Source of the DNA: Staphylothermus marinus F1
GTDB taxonomy: Archaea > Thermoproteota > Thermoprotei_A > Sulfolobales > Desulfurococcaceae
Reading direction: 5' to 3'
NCBI RefSeq assembly: GCF_000015945.1
Contig: NC_009033.1
Coordinates: 420,001-452,000 of the forward strand
DNA: 32,000 nucleotides
In this document: positions 16,734 to 24,522 of the stretch, one piece after another
How the letters are laid out: the number at the start of each line of letters is the position of its first letter
How positions within the stretch are numbered: the stretch's first letter is position 1
The notes under the pieces: generated by a model
The model's database searches: none
Told to the model about the DNA's origin: nothing
What the model saw: only the letters and a program-made list of their open reading frames with translations
Position numbers and translations under genes: made by a program

Positions 16734-17346
16734 TTCTTGCTTCCCTAATCATTTCCTGTAAGGCTTTGCAGACCATTCTGGGTATTTCGGGATTTAAGTC
16801 AACCACGAGTATCTCTTTGATCCCTGAAGGGATTATATCTAGAAATTCCTTTATTGCTTTAGCCATAGCTTTCCCTGCGTCGCTGGGAGATAGTCCTCCA
16901 ACACCCGTTCCCATACCTGGTACTGCTATCCTATTCAACGATAGATCAAATGCTTTTGTTAGAGCAGCAAATGTTGCTTTATACGCGTTTTCCGGATTGA
17001 TCCTCATAGCAGGCTTCTCCATTGTTGGAGCATGAATTATGTATTTAGCCTTTAATACGCCTGCAATAGTTACAACAGCTTTACCAACAGGTACTGGTGC
17101 AAACTTCTTGGCCTCATTCTCAATGATTTCTCCACCCTTCCTCTTCAGAACCCCTGCTAAACCGCCGCCCATTAACATAAAGCTATTAGCTGGGTTAACT
17201 ATGGCTTCAACATCTAGTTCTGTAATATCTCCCTTAACACCCTTGATCACTGCTCCTCTATAATTGATCTTACAGATTTCTTCTATTCTAACCATATATG
17301 TCTCCCTTTCTAGTTTATTCGCCTGAAAGAATAGATTTTTCAACAC
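16717..17346 (-). CDS. Macro domain protein (ADP-ribose binding/hydrolase, AF1521-like)
   Basis: Contains GDITELDVEAIVNPANSFMLMGGGLAGVLKRKGG and PGMGTGVGGL. The likely true start is MVRIEE at 17295. The 3' end overlaps the MoaD-like gene by 17 nt. Confidence 0.85.
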   Translation of the reverse strand: MLKNLFFQANKLERETYMVRIEEICKINYRGAVIKGVKGDITELDVEAIVNPANSFMLMGGGLAGVLKRKGGEIIENEAKKFAPVPVGKAVVTIAGVLKAKYIIHAPTMEKPAMRINPENAYKATFAALTKAFDLSLNRIAVPGMGTGVGGLSPSDAGKAMAKAIKEFLDIIPSGIKEILVVDLNPEIPRMVCKALQEMIREARNENQS

Positions 17347-18508
17347 CTAAAACATAAGCATAGAGAGATAAATGTCTCCTAGCTATTCTATGCCATTCTG
17401 TCCTAACAGCATAGCTATAGACACTGCTCATATACGCTATTGCTACATCATAGTTAGCTCTCAACCATCTAATTTTCTTTGTCAGCTCATTAGGGTTTCT
17501 AACTGGAACAGTCATTCTCGGCGCATGATGATATAGTTCTATCAATCTCGGAGCCCTAGTTCCAATGATGGGTTTTAACCCGCCCATTGATAAGTGTAGT
17601 ATGCCTGAGACAGAATATGATGCTGGCCTATCCCTATAGGGTAAGACGACAGCATCTACTAATGCAACAAGTTTCAGTATCTCTTCACTTGTTAACCATC
17701 TCTCTATAAAGATCATGTTGGGCCCGTTCCTAACCATGTCCTCGAGTTCTTTCCTCAACACGGGATCCCTTGTTTCTCCAGCAACTATAACTGTGTAGTC
17801 ACCGTCATGTAGGAGAGGCTTTACAGCTTTTACAAGAATATCTAAGCCTTTATCTTTTCTAAGAAATCCTGGAACACCGATTATGAACCCTACAAGTTGG
17901 TCCTCGGATATTCCCAGTGGTTCTGCTAATTTGAATCTAGGTAGCCATAGATATGGGTTTAAGAGTGTTCCATGCGGTATTCTTATAATTTTTGATGGAT
18001 CGATTCCCTGATGTATTAGCTCGAATTCTTGTAGAGCACTGTGAACAATTATTGCATCAAATTTGTTTAATTGTCTTTGAAACTCTAATGTTCCTGATCT
18101 AAGAGTGTATGGGTGATCAACAGTATGCATTGTTATAACTATTTTCCCTACAAGCCTCTCCTTTCTAGCTTCTTCAACAGCTTCTATTAAACCATTATGT
18201 TTACCGAAAATACCATATTCATGCTGTATATGTAGGATATCAACACCATTAATGAGAGCTAGATTATCTAGCAATTCCCTATAACTAGTTTCTTCATGTT
18301 CGAAACTCGGTATAATTTCTACTTTAGCTAACTCATCAAATCTCCTATCCCCACCTCTCTTATCAGCTAATACATATGCGTTTATACGTGGATACAAACT
18401 CTTCAAAGCAGTAATAAGCATACGAGTATATTCTCCAACCCCACAATGAGTAGGGGGATAAGTGCTTGCAAAACCAATTTTTAAAACCATAAATAACCAC
18501 CTCTCCAA
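17315..18508 (-). CDS. GT-B fold glycosyltransferase (group 1 / GT4-like)
   Basis: About 390 aa. The N-terminus IGFASTYPPTHCGVGEYT and the overall two-domain pattern resemble GT4 enzymes. The likely start is MVLKIG at 18490. Confidence 0.75.
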   Translation of the reverse strand: MERWLFMVLKIGFASTYPPTHCGVGEYTRMLITALKSLYPRINAYVLADKRGGDRRFDELAKVEIIPSFEHEETSYRELLDNLALINGVDILHIQHEYGIFGKHNGLIEAVEEARKERLVGKIVITMHTVDHPYTLRSGTLEFQRQLNKFDAIIVHSALQEFELIHQGIDPSKIIRIPHGTLLNPYLWLPRFKLAEPLGISEDQLVGFIIGVPGFLRKDKGLDILVKAVKPLLHDGDYTVIVAGETRDPVLRKELEDMVRNGPNMIFIERWLTSEEILKLVALVDAVVLPYRDRPASYSVSGILHLSMGGLKPIIGTRAPRLIELYHHAPRMTVPVRNPNELTKKIRWLRANYDVAIAYMSSVYSYAVRTEWHRIARRHLSLYAYVLGVEKSILSGE

Positions 18509-18659
18509 AACTCTCTGTTCAGTGCCGAGAATATTATATGTTGAAAAACTAGATATGCCTTACATATATACCTATTTCTTAAACGATATATAGTTATCTA
18601 TAAACCATCTAGTATAGATTGCCTCAAATATTATTGATAATAATTCACCAATAATTGGA

Positions 18660-18706
18660 GTTCAACCCACATAGGTCTTAATAGACCCACGTAGGCCTTG
18701 GAGCAC
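18660..18706 (-). repeat. Degenerate copy of the hairpin-containing K-turn module (see 19485..19542 and 20596..20649)
   Basis: GTTCAACCCACATAGGTCTTAATAGACCCACGTAGGCCTTGGAGCAC aligns with 19488..19534. The box equivalents are degraded: TTGA instead of CTGA, and TTGTGCT instead of GTGATGT, on the reverse strand. Confidence 0.5.
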
Positions 18707-18779
18707 AAGGTAATGCTTAGTTAAAATATCGCAATCTCTTAAATCATATCCTAGAACACTTAATGAGGGGAATACGTTT

Positions 18780-19502
18780 ATGGTTAGCTATAGGAGAATT
18801 ATATATGCTATAATAGAATCTGTTGGTTTAGGTTTTAATGTTAAACCTGTTCAGGAGGCTATTAGGAGGGTTATTTCTAAGTATAGAATAAGTGATCCTC
18901 AAGTTGATCGTAAGGTTTCCGGCATAGTTTACAGTATTTACCGTTATCAGGGGCTTTTAGATAAGATCGTTACCGACATAACCGGTTTTAATCCTTCAGA
19001 TCTCCCATATTATGTTCATGCAGCCTTACTTGTAGCTGCTTATGTTTCACAATTAGACGAGAAGATGAGTAGCTCGATGAAGAGAACTTTTAAGAGATAT
19101 ATTCTGAGATATTTGGGCAAGAAAATAGGTGATAAAGCAGTTAGAGAGAAAATTATTGATAAAGCTAAGCTGTTATTTAATAATAAATGGTCTCCAAATA
19201 GTGAAGAAGACAAGGTTCTTCTAAAATATAGGGTTTCCCCAGAACTATACCGTGCACTAGCTAAGGCTCTCAAAGAACTCGGTGAAAATCTGGATGATTT
19301 CTTAAATGCAACAATGAAGATCAAGTATAGGGTTTTCAGGGTTAATTCTTTGAAGGCTAAACCGGAAGCTGTATATAGATTTCTCGAAGACTCAGAGTAT
19401 AAGGTTGAACTGGGTAAGTACAGTAGGAGAGCTATTAGAGTTTATGGGAGTATTAGGAGGGAGATTATAAGGTTTATTGAGACAGGGGTTCAGCCCACAT
19501 AG
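18780..19502 (+). CDS. NOL1/NOP2/Sun (RsmB-like) RNA m5C methyltransferase, N-terminal domain only; first fragment of a broken gene
   Basis: It has a NusB-like N-terminus and YRVFRVNSLKAKPEAVYRFLEDSEYKVE...RAIRVYGS...RFIETG, which is typical pre-catalytic Sun-family sequence. After codon 236 (19487) the ORF runs into the GC-rich repeat and stops. Confidence 0.7.
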   Translation: MVSYRRIIYAIIESVGLGFNVKPVQEAIRRVISKYRISDPQVDRKVSGIVYSIYRYQGLLDKIVTDITGFNPSDLPYYVHAALLVAAYVSQLDEKMSSSMKRTFKRYILRYLGKKIGDKAVREKIIDKAKLLFNNKWSPNSEEDKVLLKYRVSPELYRALAKALKELGENLDDFLNATMKIKYRVFRVNSLKAKPEAVYRFLEDSEYKVELGKYSRRAIRVYGSIRREIIRFIETGVQPT

Positions 19503-19662
19503 GTTTTGATAGACCTATGTGGGCTTTGGGACACATCACCCCTGCGGATGATTCGCAGGAGCTCGTCCCCTTTCGGGGTAACCCCGGAGCCCCACATCCG
19601 AAGGTACGCCCCCATAGGCTACCATTGTAGCCTGACAGAGGGGGCTTTTACCACCTCCACAA
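19485..19662 (-). ncRNA. K-turn (C/D-box-like) sRNA paralogue 'R2', antisense, inserted in the Sun gene
   Basis: Reverse strand 3' module is GGGG-TGATGT-GTCCCAAAGC-[11-bp hairpin CCCACATAGGT/ACCTATGTGGG]-CTGA-A-CCCC (19485..19542). This is homologous to the C'/D half of 24636..24719. Upstream are GC-rich hairpins, including CCCC-GAAA-GGGG. TTTAAATA on the reverse strand (19683-19690) lies about 25 nt upstream of the proposed 5' end. Confidence 0.45.
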
Positions 19663-19755
19663 TTGTATGTATATGGTAAAGTATTTAAACCTTTTGGATC
19701 GAAGGTTGATTAATGCTTACGAACGCCCACCAAATCCGTTACTGTTGCGGAGGGC

Positions 19756-19860
19756 ATACTTGTTCCACAGGATGAATCAAGTATTGTGGCCGTAGAAATT
19801 CTTGATCCAAAGCCTGAGACCAAGATTGCGGATCTATGTGCTGCTCCAGGTGGTAAGACT
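19756..19860 (+). pseudogene. Sun-family methyltransferase fragment 2 (SAM-binding motif I)
   Basis: ILVPQDESSIVAVEILDPKPETKIADLCAAPGGKT matches the Q(D/E)xSS...DxCAAPGGKT block of NOL1/NOP2/Sun enzymes. It is in a different frame from fragment 1. Confidence 0.7.
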
Positions 19861-20093
19861 ATTTGCTTATTTGGATACTATGATTGTTTAGAGGGGCTAG
19901 TTGTTTGGTTCGCTTTATAAACCCTTTATAATATAGTGGTTTGTGAAATGCGGATGAAGGGCTCAAAAGTGGTCTATGTGGAGCCCCGATAGCCCCCTCA
20001 ATGAAGGGATGAAGCCCCAACCCAAGAGGGGGAAGCCCGTGCAAGCATCCAAAGTTTCCAAAACAACCAAAAGATAAAGCACGGGCAACCACT
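19855..20093 (+). mobile_element. GC-rich repeat element 'E2', copy B
   Basis: Homologous to 1426..1685. It has the same ends (AAGACTATT...CCACT), TTTATAAA at 19904-19911 and a near-identical GC-rich core at 19943..20093. No flanking direct repeat is present here. Confidence 0.6.
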
Positions 20094-20094
20094 A

Positions 20095-20292
20095 CTATAT
20101 ACAGTATGCAGTGTATTGCCTTGGGAGGGAGAATATATTATCAGGGATTTCCTGGAAAAACATAGGGATGCAGAGCTTATACCATTAAATAAGCCATTCA
20201 AACAATCACCTATCCTGCCAGGTACAATGCGTGCATGGCCCCATATACATGGCACCATAGGCTTCTACTATGCATTACTAAAGAAAAAATAA
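20095..20292 (+). pseudogene. Sun-family methyltransferase fragment 3 (C-terminal end, motif VI onward)
   Basis: LYTVCSVLPWEGEYIIRDFLEKHRDAELIPL...RAWPHIHGTIGFYYALLKKK matches the (V)YSTCS..EENE..V..FL ... GFF.A.L.K terminus of the family. The roughly 125-145 residues between motif I and this block, including the DAPCSG motif IV, are absent. Confidence 0.65.
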
Positions 20293-20496
20293 TGATGCTC
20301 ATAAATTATCTGATCAACTTTTAAAGGAGGGTCAGAAGAGGCCGAGCCTTCCCCATTCCCAGCCATGGGATACGGGACAGGCCCATCGAAACTGTTAAAT
20401 ATTACATAGGCATTTATAGATGTTGGGCCTGCTCGGGATGCGGGTGTGTGGGTGGAGACCTAAGGGGGTAGGTCTTCAAATAATATTTCGTCTCAA

Positions 20497-20661
20497 GATG
20501 AAGGGTTTTCCCCACAGCCGTGAGCTGTGGGCAGGGGTTACCCGGATCGGGGACAAGGCCGATGATATGCTCCCCGATGAAAGGGGGGCTGAGGTTGATG
20601 AATCCCAAAGCCTACATAGGCCTATCAAGACCTACGTAGGCTGAACCCCGGCTTCTTCATC
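20497..20661 (+). ncRNA. K-turn (C/D-box-like) sRNA paralogue 'R3'
   Basis: 5' GATGAAG (20497-20503) is exactly complementary to 3' CTTCATC (20655-20661). Internally it reads GATGATA...CCCC-GATGAAA-GGGG...CTGA-GGT-TGATGA-ATCCCAAAGCC-[hairpin CCTACATAGG/CCTACGTAGG]-CTGA-ACCCC. It shares GGGGTTACCC.GA..GGGGAC with R2. The 5' end could lie further upstream (about 20443), downstream of TTTATAGA at 20413-20420. Confidence 0.5.
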
Positions 20662-20856
20662 CCATAGAATCAATAAATTATACTAACCATATATTAATTC
20701 CCCCGAATGTTTTTACTTGTCGATAATAATATTTTTAAATTACTCGGGATAAATGAGAATATGTCTTTATTCACGGGAAAATACTAGTAAAACAATAAAA
20801 TAAGAAGTTAAAATAAAATTACAAATAGCAACATAATAGTTATTAGGGTTATTGAT

Positions 20857-22083
20857 TTGGCTAGCGTTTTAGAGGAGCTATCTAGGAAAAATTCATGGTT
20901 GATTATGCTTTTAATTATTCTATTTAGTATAATAAGTCCCAGTATTGTTTACGGGAATAAATCATTGCCTATTCAATCAATTAATTACAGTAAGGAATCT
21001 AGTAGTAATGATATCAGAGTTTCAGGCTTATATATTGCAATGTATACATTAGAGGCATCGGGAATCTATGCTAATAAATATATGTTACAAAAAAGTCTGA
21101 GTGGAACAATTAGGTTAAGCATAGCATATGAGATAGCTATAAATGTCACGTTTCACCCCAATAGTAGAATATATGATTACGAATACGAGTTAACCAGTTT
21201 CTATGTTAGCGGTAATAATGTTAAGAAATCAATTATAGAAGCAATCAATAAATCCATGGACAATCTTATAAATAAGACCTTTAGGGAATCATCTGATTCA
21301 GTGGATCCAATGATAAAATTAAAAGTTAAAAATTTCTCTGCCACTTTGATGAAACCTGGTAGAAAAGGAGGCGTAACAGGTATAACAATCTTTGATGATG
21401 TCTATTGTTACGAGATAAGATATTATTATATGGGTAGCCTCGAGAATATGAGTTATATAGACACAGTCAGCATGTACCGTGAAATAATAACAGGTATTCC
21501 ATTATACTATTATGAGATCACATATAGTAGGCATAATTTAGGATACATTAGAGAAAAAATACTTGTAATAAACAATGGTTTAGGACAGGGATTATCAAAA
21601 ATAATAGTGACCAATTCAACATTTTTCACATATGGAAAGACAGGGAGTATTGGAAAAATAGGTTTTATAGGATTAAATACATCATCTACAAATATTCAAA
21701 TGGATGTATCTGTTATAAATGAAACTATTCAGATGAATATTACTAGTTATGCACCATATAGAGTATTATTGTTGTTGGATAGTAAAGCAGATATTAAGTA
21801 TTCAAATATAGATTTAATAAAGTATAATGCTTCAACCATAGTATTGTATGTATCAGAGATCTTTAATAAACCTCAGAATGTACGAATCGAACTTAAAGGA
21901 GCGTCGATCAAGCTCCATGAGAGAAACGATCTCGTAGGGTTAAAGGGTTTAACTGTTGAGGAAAGAGGAGTATTATCGCTCTCAGATGCGATATTTGTCA
22001 TTATAGTTGATATATCACTTATATTGATCGTTATAGAACTTATTAGGATCGTATACAGGAAAGCTAAGTTATTCAACTATTGA
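20857..22083 (+). CDS. Predicted surface glycoprotein (N-terminal signal/anchor, C-terminal TM anchor), function unknown
   Basis: 408 aa. Has an N-terminal hydrophobic segment (WLIMLLIILFSIISPSIVYG), many NxS/T sequons, and a C-terminal TM segment (AIFVIIVDISLILIVIELI) followed by a basic tail. TTG start in the track. Confidence 0.6.
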   Translation: MASVLEELSRKNSWLIMLLIILFSIISPSIVYGNKSLPIQSINYSKESSSNDIRVSGLYIAMYTLEASGIYANKYMLQKSLSGTIRLSIAYEIAINVTFHPNSRIYDYEYELTSFYVSGNNVKKSIIEAINKSMDNLINKTFRESSDSVDPMIKLKVKNFSATLMKPGRKGGVTGITIFDDVYCYEIRYYYMGSLENMSYIDTVSMYREIITGIPLYYYEITYSRHNLGYIREKILVINNGLGQGLSKIIVTNSTFFTYGKTGSIGKIGFIGLNTSSTNIQMDVSVINETIQMNITSYAPYRVLLLLDSKADIKYSNIDLIKYNASTIVLYVSEIFNKPQNVRIELKGASIKLHERNDLVGLKGLTVEERGVLSLSDAIFVIIVDISLILIVIELIRIVYRKAKLFNY

Positions 22084-22099
22084 TAAATAGAAATTTTCA

Positions 22100-22768
22100 T
22101 TATTTCCATCTATATATTAGCACAAAGAAGATCACGATTAATATAAGGGTTATAGCGAGGAATAACAGTAAAGCGTTCGGTTCAGTATTCATTAAACTAC
22201 TTGTTATAGAAACACTTGTAGAGTTTGTATATGTTCCCTGAATTAATGAAGTATTAGTTTTCTCAGAGCTAGTATAATTTGTGGTCTTAGATAAGCTCGT
22301 AGTTGTTGATTTCGAGAATGATTGGGTACATAGAGGTTTATTTATTAGAATTATTTCATACTCGTTCATTGTTGTTCGATCAGTTATTATGCCGTAAACT
22401 AGTATTCTGCTCTCGCTATCATAGTATAGTTCATAAATTAATGTTTGGTTATTGTATAGAATATGTATTGTATTATATGTTGTTAATCCCTCACCTGTAT
22501 CGATCTCTATTCTTGTTTTCTCAACTGAAACATTGAGTTTATCGAAAACGTTCTCGTCATAAATATATGGAACATATGTATTGTTAAACTTAAATGTTAT
22601 ATTATATGAGCCGCAATACATGCATTTATGTGTAATATTATTGTCCGAAATAATTTTATAGCATATTTTTTCCTTTGGCGTACCTGTAGAAAGCAAAACA
22701 ATATTGTAATTAAAGCTAATAAGTAGAAGGAGCAAAAGAATTAATAGTGCCATGCTAGATCGCTTCAC
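22100..22768 (-). CDS. Predicted surface protein with Ser/Thr-rich stalk and C-terminal TM anchor, function unknown
   Basis: 222 aa. Has a signal-like N-terminus (MALLILLLLLLISF), an S/T-rich segment (SFSKSTTTSLSKTTNYTSSEKTNTS...) and a terminal TM segment followed by YRWK. Confidence 0.6.
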   Translation of the reverse strand: MKRSSMALLILLLLLLISFNYNIVLLSTGTPKEKICYKIISDNNITHKCMYCGSYNITFKFNNTYVPYIYDENVFDKLNVSVEKTRIEIDTGEGLTTYNTIHILYNNQTLIYELYYDSESRILVYGIITDRTTMNEYEIILINKPLCTQSFSKSTTTSLSKTTNYTSSEKTNTSLIQGTYTNSTSVSITSSLMNTEPNALLLFLAITLILIVIFFVLIYRWK

Positions 22769-22771
22769 GTA

Positions 22772-23365
22772 TTAAACACCACTATATACAATTAAATATG
22801 ATATATATGTAAATGTTATTCCCACCATAACCCCCATTATTAGTTGTGGTATGGTGTGTCTTCTCAAATAAAACCTTGAATACGCCGTTATAAAAGCTAT
22901 AAGATATAATATGATGGCATCGATCCAGTATCCTAAAAAGTAGAAATAAGTTGCTGGACCAGTTATTCCAACCAAGTGTATACTGATCTTATATTTTAAA
23001 CTAATAAGTAAAGATACAAATCCATTTACTGAATAAGATAGGGCGAGAAAAATTATTTCATTGCTACATCGAAGATATAGTATTAAAGCCAAAGTTATGA
23101 AATAGAAAATCGTCACAATACTGAAGGGATATATCCTAGTAGACCGATTAGGATAATCCCACTCATATCCTCGTCGAAAAGCAATAAATAATGGGAATAT
23201 AAGAGGGATTATAACAAGCCCTATGAAGAGAATAGTAAATGCAAGAAAATCATCAATTATTTTATCAATTGCTAATCTTAAGAGTATATATAATGCTATG
23301 AATGGTGCTGAAAACATTGCAGAAATATATTCGTGAATTTTAGTTTTAATCCCATTATTAAACAC
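22772..23365 (-). CDS. Integral membrane protein, PAP2 (type 2 phosphatidic acid phosphatase)-like
   Basis: 197 aa, 5-6 TM helices. AYSRFYLRRHTIPQLIMG resembles PAP2 motif C3 (SRxxxxxHxxxD, here with a terminal Q). ISIHLVG is a possible C2 (SGH) equivalent. C1 is unclear. Confidence 0.45.
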   Translation of the reverse strand: MFNNGIKTKIHEYISAMFSAPFIALYILLRLAIDKIIDDFLAFTILFIGLVIIPLIFPLFIAFRRGYEWDYPNRSTRIYPFSIVTIFYFITLALILYLRCSNEIIFLALSYSVNGFVSLLISLKYKISIHLVGITGPATYFYFLGYWIDAIILYLIAFITAYSRFYLRRHTIPQLIMGVMVGITFTYISYLIVYSGV

Positions 23366-23374
23366 TACTAATAA

Positions 23375-24514
23375 TCACCGTGATGCTTGTTTTGTTTTAG
23401 TTTCTTTACTGGTTTTCTTCAAATATTTCATTCGTACATTATATTTATATACAGCCAATGGATTCTTTCCACCTCTACATTGACCGTTTATAGGGCAAAG
23501 ATTTAATGTTTTCATAGATTCACAACTATATGGTAAATATTTTTTCCTAGAACCTCTGAGACCGGCTATGTGTTCCAATTGATACCGAGCTATTTTCTCA
23601 TTAAAATCTGGCGCGTTTTTAAAGAATTCCAGCATTGAGTCGATATCCATACCTATTCTTGCCAGGAACGCAGCAATAGTGAATCTTTCGTGATGCCCTA
23701 GGTTCTCCCCTGATCTAAGCCTATTGAGGAGTATTTTCATGCATGGTGGAAATGCTTCAAAATCTATTACTCCCTCAGTGTTTTTCTCTATTTCAATGTC
23801 TAGCATTCTCTTCTGCATCCATTCAATTTCGTCTAAAATTTTTCTGGCTTCCTCTATTAGTTCCCGGAACTTATTTTCTTCAACCTTTATATTCTCTATA
23901 ATATCCAATATTTTATGGTGTATAGCTTCTTCTAGTATTCTAGAAAAAATTTTCTTGTTTAAGAATACTTTTCCTCTATGCACAACTTGGTTAACTAAAG
24001 AATATTTTGGATCCCGTGCCAGCCTTTTAGCTGTGAGTTTTAAGTAATCTTTTAAATCAATACCGATCGGTCTGGGTTCAAATATTGGTTTATTTCTTTT
24101 TAAATCGATAGGAATTAATGGATAGTTTCTTGATAATTCAGCTTTGATTCCAAGTATATTGGATATTTTCAATAATGTATTGACTGGTTCATTTTGTAAA
24201 TATCTATATGCGTGCTTCGCATATGTAACCGCGACTATGCTTGAAAGTTTCTTATCTTTTAAAAGCTTAACTATTGAGATTAATGTATAGAATGCTAATA
24301 CTTCGTCTTCACTAGTAGATTTCGGAGGCGGTATTTTTCTTTTTGAAACTATTGATTTAAGCAAAACCATAGCGCGGAGTCTTGGATAATTATTAGGCAT
24401 AGATATGATATCAGATAGTTTTAGTCCTGGCCATCTATAGTTTAAGGTATCTTTTAGGTCTGCTAGGAATGGGTAGTTTCTATAATCTATTATTGTTACA
24501 GCCAAAACATACAC
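23375..24514 (-). CDS. priL: DNA primase large (regulatory) subunit PriL
   Basis: FPPCMKILLNRLRSGENLGHHERFTIAAFLARIGM...ARYQLEHIAGLRGSRKKYLPYSCESMKTLNLCPINGQC shows the conserved helical domain and the Fe-S cluster cysteines of archaeal/eukaryotic PriL. GTG start in the track. Confidence 0.85.
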   Translation of the reverse strand: MYVLAVTIIDYRNYPFLADLKDTLNYRWPGLKLSDIISMPNNYPRLRAMVLLKSIVSKRKIPPPKSTSEDEVLAFYTLISIVKLLKDKKLSSIVAVTYAKHAYRYLQNEPVNTLLKISNILGIKAELSRNYPLIPIDLKRNKPIFEPRPIGIDLKDYLKLTAKRLARDPKYSLVNQVVHRGKVFLNKKIFSRILEEAIHHKILDIIENIKVEENKFRELIEEARKILDEIEWMQKRMLDIEIEKNTEGVIDFEAFPPCMKILLNRLRSGENLGHHERFTIAAFLARIGMDIDSMLEFFKNAPDFNEKIARYQLEHIAGLRGSRKKYLPYSCESMKTLNLCPINGQCRGGKNPLAVYKYNVRMKYLKKTSKETKTKQASR

Positions 24515-24522
24515 CCATGTTA

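Noticed and set aside
19859-20644. Track ORFs 19859..20092(-), 19998..20258(-), 20414..20608(-) and 20420..20644(+) as small protein genes
   Set aside because: They lie in GC-rich repeat or RNA-like sequence, where stop codons are rare by composition. The peptide shared with ORF 1467..2135 simply reflects the repeated DNA. No motifs or plausible starts are present.
18660-20649. Three copies of a ~47-nt hairpin-containing motif as a possible CRISPR array or att sites
   Set aside because: Spacing is 0.8-1.1 kb rather than 30-50 nt. One copy is inverted and the copies are diverged. No cas or integrase genes are present. The motif is better explained as a C'/D-type K-turn module homologous to 24636..24719.
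20596-20661. Resemblance of GGCTGAACCCCGGCTTC to the RNase P RNA CR-V/P4 strand (ACAGAACCCGGCUUA-like)
   Set aside because: No matching CR-I strand (GAGGAAAGUCC-like) or other RNase P conserved regions occur nearby. The same module occurs in several copies, which is not expected for RNase P RNA.
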